Shown here piece after piece: positions 62,901-64,000 of a stretch of DNA of 64,000 nucleotides. The DNA comes from Leptogorgia sarmentosa. Its lineage: Eukaryota. The notes under the pieces were generated by a model that was not told the DNA's origin, made no database searches, and saw only the letters and a list, made by a program, of their open reading frames with translations. The stretch is from the NCBI GenBank assembly GCA_964658305.1, contig OZ210885.1:21142001-21206000 (forward strand), in the 5' to 3' direction. The translations under genes were made by a program, and so were the position numbers. Positions within the stretch are counted from its first letter, which is position 1. The number at the start of each line of letters is the position of its first letter.

Positions 62901-64000
62901 CCATATCATGCACGGAAGTTGTATGATCAATACGGTATTGGTTTTGGCATACTATTTTGCAAGCCAAGGAGTCCAAGCATGCTGGACTGAAAGCAGAACT
63001 TTCTTTGACCAATAGGTCAAGGAAATGTGACAGTAATGGAAAGTGGTGGCAGATTATGAGGGCAAACTATGTTAGGTCATTTTACCTACCAGAGCACCAA
63101 CCTTCCCCATAATGTTATACCTCACATTTTCAGTCCCGGAAACCACCTCACTGTGATGATCCTTTCTATTGTGACTGTGGCAGAAAGAAGGCCACAGTTC
63201 AGCTCACACACTGTACTGTGTGTCTGGATGCAAGGCATGTTGTTGAATGTGCTCAGAACCAAAAGCTGTCATCAGAAGTTGTTGCAATACTCAAACCCAT
63301 TGCTTGCAGTATATGTGACCAACGATTTTCAGATACAGCTGGGTTAGAAGTACATACAAATGCACTACATACCAACAGGTTTCAATCTGCTGTTACTTCA
63401 CTTGGTAACTTGAAATCTTTGACAGTGGAACAGCTTAAAAACCACTTGAGGGTTAAAGGACTGTCCACTTCTGGTAAGAAGGATGTTCTTATAAGACGCC
63501 TTGAAGGTGCTTTATCTGCTGACTCTTACATGTGCACCTCTGGATTTATGGAATGCAGGTGGCCTTATCCATCAAAGGAGTTTTTTTTATTGAAAATTGT
63601 CAAAACTAAAAAAAAGAATCACTAGTACGATACTGAATGATTTATATTAAAAATAATAAGATGCTGCAAAATTATATTTTTGGGTATTGCCATTGTCACT
63701 GATTTTCAATTTGAGTGTGGAATCTTAAATGCAGATACTGCTTGGGTTGAGGGTGAAGGAAAATAGATCAAAATATATAAGGGTGGTTAACTCGATTGAA
63801 TGAAAGAATTGTTAATATCGAAAACTGTTGTTTAGACCTTTTATTAGAGGGGCAAATGGTAAAACATACATGTATCTACATGGAAACAATATCAATACCA
63901 CCTGTTGCAAATGTCATTCATTTAATAGGATATCATCCAAATATGAGCAATATTGTTTCATGGATATAGTATATTATAGTATATATGTTTGAAAATCCAA
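59986..64000 (+). mobile_element. CAC-terminated DNA transposon (Chapaev/Transib-like); right end not in the window
   Basis: It begins abruptly with CACGGTGGCC, has subterminal repeats TCTCAAGGATACAAAT, and contains a DDE-like gene. Confidence 0.55.
60522..63625 (+). pseudogene. RAG1/Transib/Chapaev-like transposase with C-terminal Zn fingers and a SAP domain, frameshifted
   Basis: FSDDGAP (D1), PSADMSW (D2), PLHCEINAW, WTVAYAIPYH..YGIGFG, then shifted QAKESKH (E). CDCG..CTVC. C2H2 CSIC..H...LH. SAP LTVEQLKNHLRVKGLSTSGKKDVLIRRL. Confidence 0.6.

Overview
This is a eukaryotic, animal-type window (the 18S/28S sequence looks cnidarian; that is inference). It contains no host protein gene I can support. 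The first 16.5 kb is a broken rDNA array made of 18S, 28S and 5'ETS pieces with deletions and two inverted 28S fragments. It has been invaded by a hAT transposon, a 5'-truncated R2 retrotransposon at the canonical 28S site, and an IS3EU-type element inserted 38 nt into 18S with a 6-bp TSD. From 16.5 to 52.6 kb lies a giant element with modular foldback TIRs of about 0.8 kb. It encodes a NOF/Mutator-type DDE transposase apparently fused to a PHD finger, a USP deubiquitinase, a Ulp1/SENP protease and an Ig-like domain. Nested in it are a second IS3EU (about 1.87-kb TIRs), a PHD-FLYWCH MULE whose transposase gene looks intact, Tc1, Kolobok, MITEs and solo LTRs, up to five levels deep. Both IS3EU elements carry a convergent second gene encoding a HECT E3 ligase with a ubiquitin-binding module (CUE-like in one, UIM-like in the other). 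The last 10 kb holds a DD37E Tc1 fragment, a decayed Helitron-like Rep-helicase with an accessory ORF, and a CACGGTG-terminated element with a RAG1/Transib/Chapaev-like transposase. The most striking theme is unrelated DNA transposons carrying their own ubiquitin/SUMO writers, readers and erasers. All family assignments come from motifs and termini read by eye; no database search was run.
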